Shown in pieces: positions 51,801 through 53,918 of a stretch of DNA of 53,918 bases. Made by a program: the position numbers and the translations under genes. Origin of the DNA: Rhizobacter sp. Lineage in GTDB: Bacteria; Pseudomonadota; Gammaproteobacteria; Burkholderiales; Burkholderiaceae_C. Each line of letters begins with the position of its first letter. The first letter of the stretch is position 1. The DNA lies in NCBI GenBank assembly GCA_031412075.1, contig JANOCG010000335.1; one strand, written 5' to 3'. The notes beneath the pieces are model-generated. The model had not been told where the DNA came from and made no database searches. It saw only the letters and a list, made by a program, of their open reading frames with translations.

Positions 51801-52793
51801 TCAGTCTCGGTTGTGTATCGGGAAGCCCGACGCTCTGCTTCCAGCAAGCTTGCTCATCTCGGCAGCGATCAAGCGCCACTCGTCTTCGGAGACGTCATCG
51901 ACAAGTTGGGTGAAATACTGGCCGGCCTCTCGACGGCTAAGCGATCCGGCAATGCGCGGGTGTTCGTCGAACCTGGGGTGAGTGAGCAATGCATGGTTGC
52001 AGAAGGCTGACAGATCACGTTCATCGGAAAGGCCGTGCTGCCGTGCTCTGCGTATGGCGGCGAACGCAGACTGCCGCCAGTGCAGTGCTTGCTCTGAACT
52101 CACCGCAGCGGAATCACCATGCGCGGCGAGCCTCTGCCGCAGAGCGCTGTTCACGGCATGGATGCCATCGACCAGCGGAAACTGCTCGGGTGCCAGAACC
52201 AAAGGCTCACTCGACGCGCACTGAACTCTCAATACTTGCAGGTGGCCCGCAGGGTCGTGCAGCCACCATGCCATCAACGGACCCAGGAGACAGGCCTGCT
52301 GGCGAACACTGAGCAGAGGCCACAGGGCCCACAGCACCGCGGGATCATGCAACCGGACCCACACCAAAGTTCCCTCCGGCCGACGTTGCAGCATGCTGCG
52401 ACCGAGGTGCCCAAAGGCAGCGTCAGGTTCAGTGGTCTGTACCCAGCCACCGATACGTCGCCCAATTCCTCGTTGCAAGCTCTGCACTTGAAGTTCACGC
52501 AGCGACACCGCCAAAGAGCTGGCGAGAATACCGCTGCCTTGGCTTTGCGACGTGATCAGAGGTCGGTAGAGCGGCAAAACTTCTCTATCCAGTTTTGCAC
52601 CTGCAATGTTGATGGATCGCGCAGGCTGATTCTCAAGGAGCCAGGATACGGTGTCTTCATCGGAACCAAGAGGGATCAGAGCGGGGTCGTAGACAAGATG
52701 ACATATCCCCGACGATGATTGGGCGAGCTCCCGATGGAGTTCGTCACCGTGCGCGGCCGCTCGCTGGTTCAGCCAGTCGCCCAAAGCAGTCAT
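51801..52793 (-). CDS. DUF4123 T6SS adaptor/chaperone (Tec/Tap-1-like)
   Basis: VRLHDPAVLWALW motif, HPRFDEHP, located between vgrG and the effector. Confidence 0.8.
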   Translation of the reverse strand: MTALGDWLNQRAAAHGDELHRELAQSSSGICHLVYDPALIPLGSDEDTVSWLLENQPARSINIAGAKLDREVLPLYRPLITSQSQGSGILASSLAVSLRELQVQSLQRGIGRRIGGWVQTTEPDAAFGHLGRSMLQRRPEGTLVWVRLHDPAVLWALWPLLSVRQQACLLGPLMAWWLHDPAGHLQVLRVQCASSEPLVLAPEQFPLVDGIHAVNSALRQRLAAHGDSAAVSSEQALHWRQSAFAAIRRARQHGLSDERDLSAFCNHALLTHPRFDEHPRIAGSLSRREAGQYFTQLVDDVSEDEWRLIAAEMSKLAGSRASGFPIHNRD

Positions 52794-52801
52794 GAGCGGT
52801 G

Positions 52802-53918
52802 TCAGAGATTGACAGTGGCAGACTGCAGCTGTGCAGCTTGCTGCGCTTGCTGAGCGCAACCCTTCAAGGGCACAGTGGCAGGCAAGCTCAGCGAGGCACT
52901 CGCACTCCCCGCCCCCGTCAACTCCTTAATCGCCGCCTTGAAGCTAGCCGGCCCGCTGGTCGTGAGCGTGATGGCCCCGCTCGTGATCCGCAGAGACGCC
53001 CCACCTGCCGTCAACAACACATGCTTGGGCGAGCCCATCGTGATGGCGTTGGTGACGCTGGCCACGGTGATCGTTTTGTCGGCCGTCAGGTTCAGCGTGT
53101 TGGCCTGCGCCTGCACGCTCACGTTGCCGCTGGCGGCGTGCAGTTGCATGCCGGTCTCGGTGTTGGGTTTGCTGCCGTTCTGCGCCTTGCCGTAGGTGAA
53201 GAGGCTCACGCCAGCTTTGACGGCGATGGCGGTGTGGCGCTGGCTGGTCCAGTTGATGTCTTGGCCTGCTGCCAGGTTCGCGGTGCGGCCCGCGCTCATC
53301 ACGCTGTGTGCAGGGGTGGCGCTGCCTACGCCGCCTGGGGCACTGATGAGCAGCTCGGGGCGGCTCCACGCACTGATGCTGCCCGCGCCGCCCTGGATGG
53401 CAAGCATCTCTTCGTCGCCTGCGGCTTCGGTGGCACCCCGGCTGTCGGTGGCGCCCAGGCTGTCAACGCTGGCTTGCTGGCCTTTGCGCACCGGCATGTC
53501 TTTGGGTTGCACTTCGGCGCTGAGTTTGGCGTTGTGCTTTTGCGCGGTCTCGCTCAGCGTCTGGGTCAGCTCGGCGGCTTGTTCGAGTTGGCTCACGCCG
53601 GCTCGGGCTTCCACCGTTTGTGCGCTGGCCTGGGTGCCTTGGGCTCTTGTGTAGGCGCTCAGGTGCAGGCCCGAGCCTGCTCGCACGGCGCCGTGGGCGG
53701 TGGTGGCGAGGTCGAGGCCGTGGCCTCGTTTGGCCAGGCGCTGGTTGTCGTTTTGTTGCAGCAGGTGGCCGAGTTGCAGCCAGCTGGCGGCGGTGGTGCT
53801 GCCCAATGTCATGCGAGCCTGGGCCGGGCTGTCGTCGAGCACGAGTTGGTTGTAGCCGCCCGCGCCGCTCTGGCTGGTGTCCAGGCTTTGACTCTTGAAG
53901 CCGGCCAGCACCTGTGGG
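52802..53918 (-). CDS. vgrG: Type VI secretion spike protein VgrG, C-terminal part with DUF2345 (runs off window end)
   Basis: GFKSQ...GYNQLVLDD...LQLGHL...RGHGLDLAT..HGAVRAGSGL, LHAASGNVSVQAQ. Confidence 0.9.
   Translation of the reverse strand, partial: PQVLAGFKSQSLDTSQSGAGGYNQLVLDDSPAQARMTLGSTTAASWLQLGHLLQQNDNQRLAKRGHGLDLATTAHGAVRAGSGLHLSAYTRAQGTQASAQTVEARAGVSQLEQAAELTQTLSETAQKHNAKLSAEVQPKDMPVRKGQQASVDSLGATDSRGATEAAGDEEMLAIQGGAGSISAWSRPELLISAPGGVGSATPAHSVMSAGRTANLAAGQDINWTSQRHTAIAVKAGVSLFTYGKAQNGSKPNTETGMQLHAASGNVSVQAQANTLNLTADKTITVASVTNAITMGSPKHVLLTAGGASLRITSGAITLTTSGPASFKAAIKELTGAGSASASLSLPATVPLKGCAQQAQQAAQLQSATVNL

Overview
High-GC betaproteobacterial (Burkholderiales-like) chromosomal window. 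Left to right: a CusA/CzcA-type heavy-metal RND efflux operon, running off the left edge, led by a His-rich secreted peptide. A heavily eroded stress island (about 5.2-18.4 kb) follows, with two perfect FNR boxes, nhaR, an HPF/TerB/TerC/USP/sbtA/sbtB operon and an intact arcDABC operon, mixed with many gene relics joined by internal deletions (CopA-like HMA, TPM, YccA, zf-TFIIB, TerB, Ca-type P-ATPase, PAP2, MocR, flavin oxidoreductase). Next come an aldehyde dehydrogenase with a nonsense stop, EEP-family enzymes, a hybrid kinase, and an SBP-diguanylate cyclase-SBP module with no transporter. These are followed by an HTH/Clp-N pair with a frameshift inside a perfect 28-bp palindrome, a solo pstS, the Lhr-like helicase plus pdeM, a liv-type ABC transporter, a DUF1906-SH3-Cys/His cell-wall hydrolase, an esterase, an SDR, bktB, a REP-like element and pssA. 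The window ends in a T6SS vgrG-DUF4123-effector-immunity cassette running off the right edge. All family calls come from motif recognition by eye, and no database searches were run. No rRNA, tRNA, CRISPR array, integrase or transposase was recognised.
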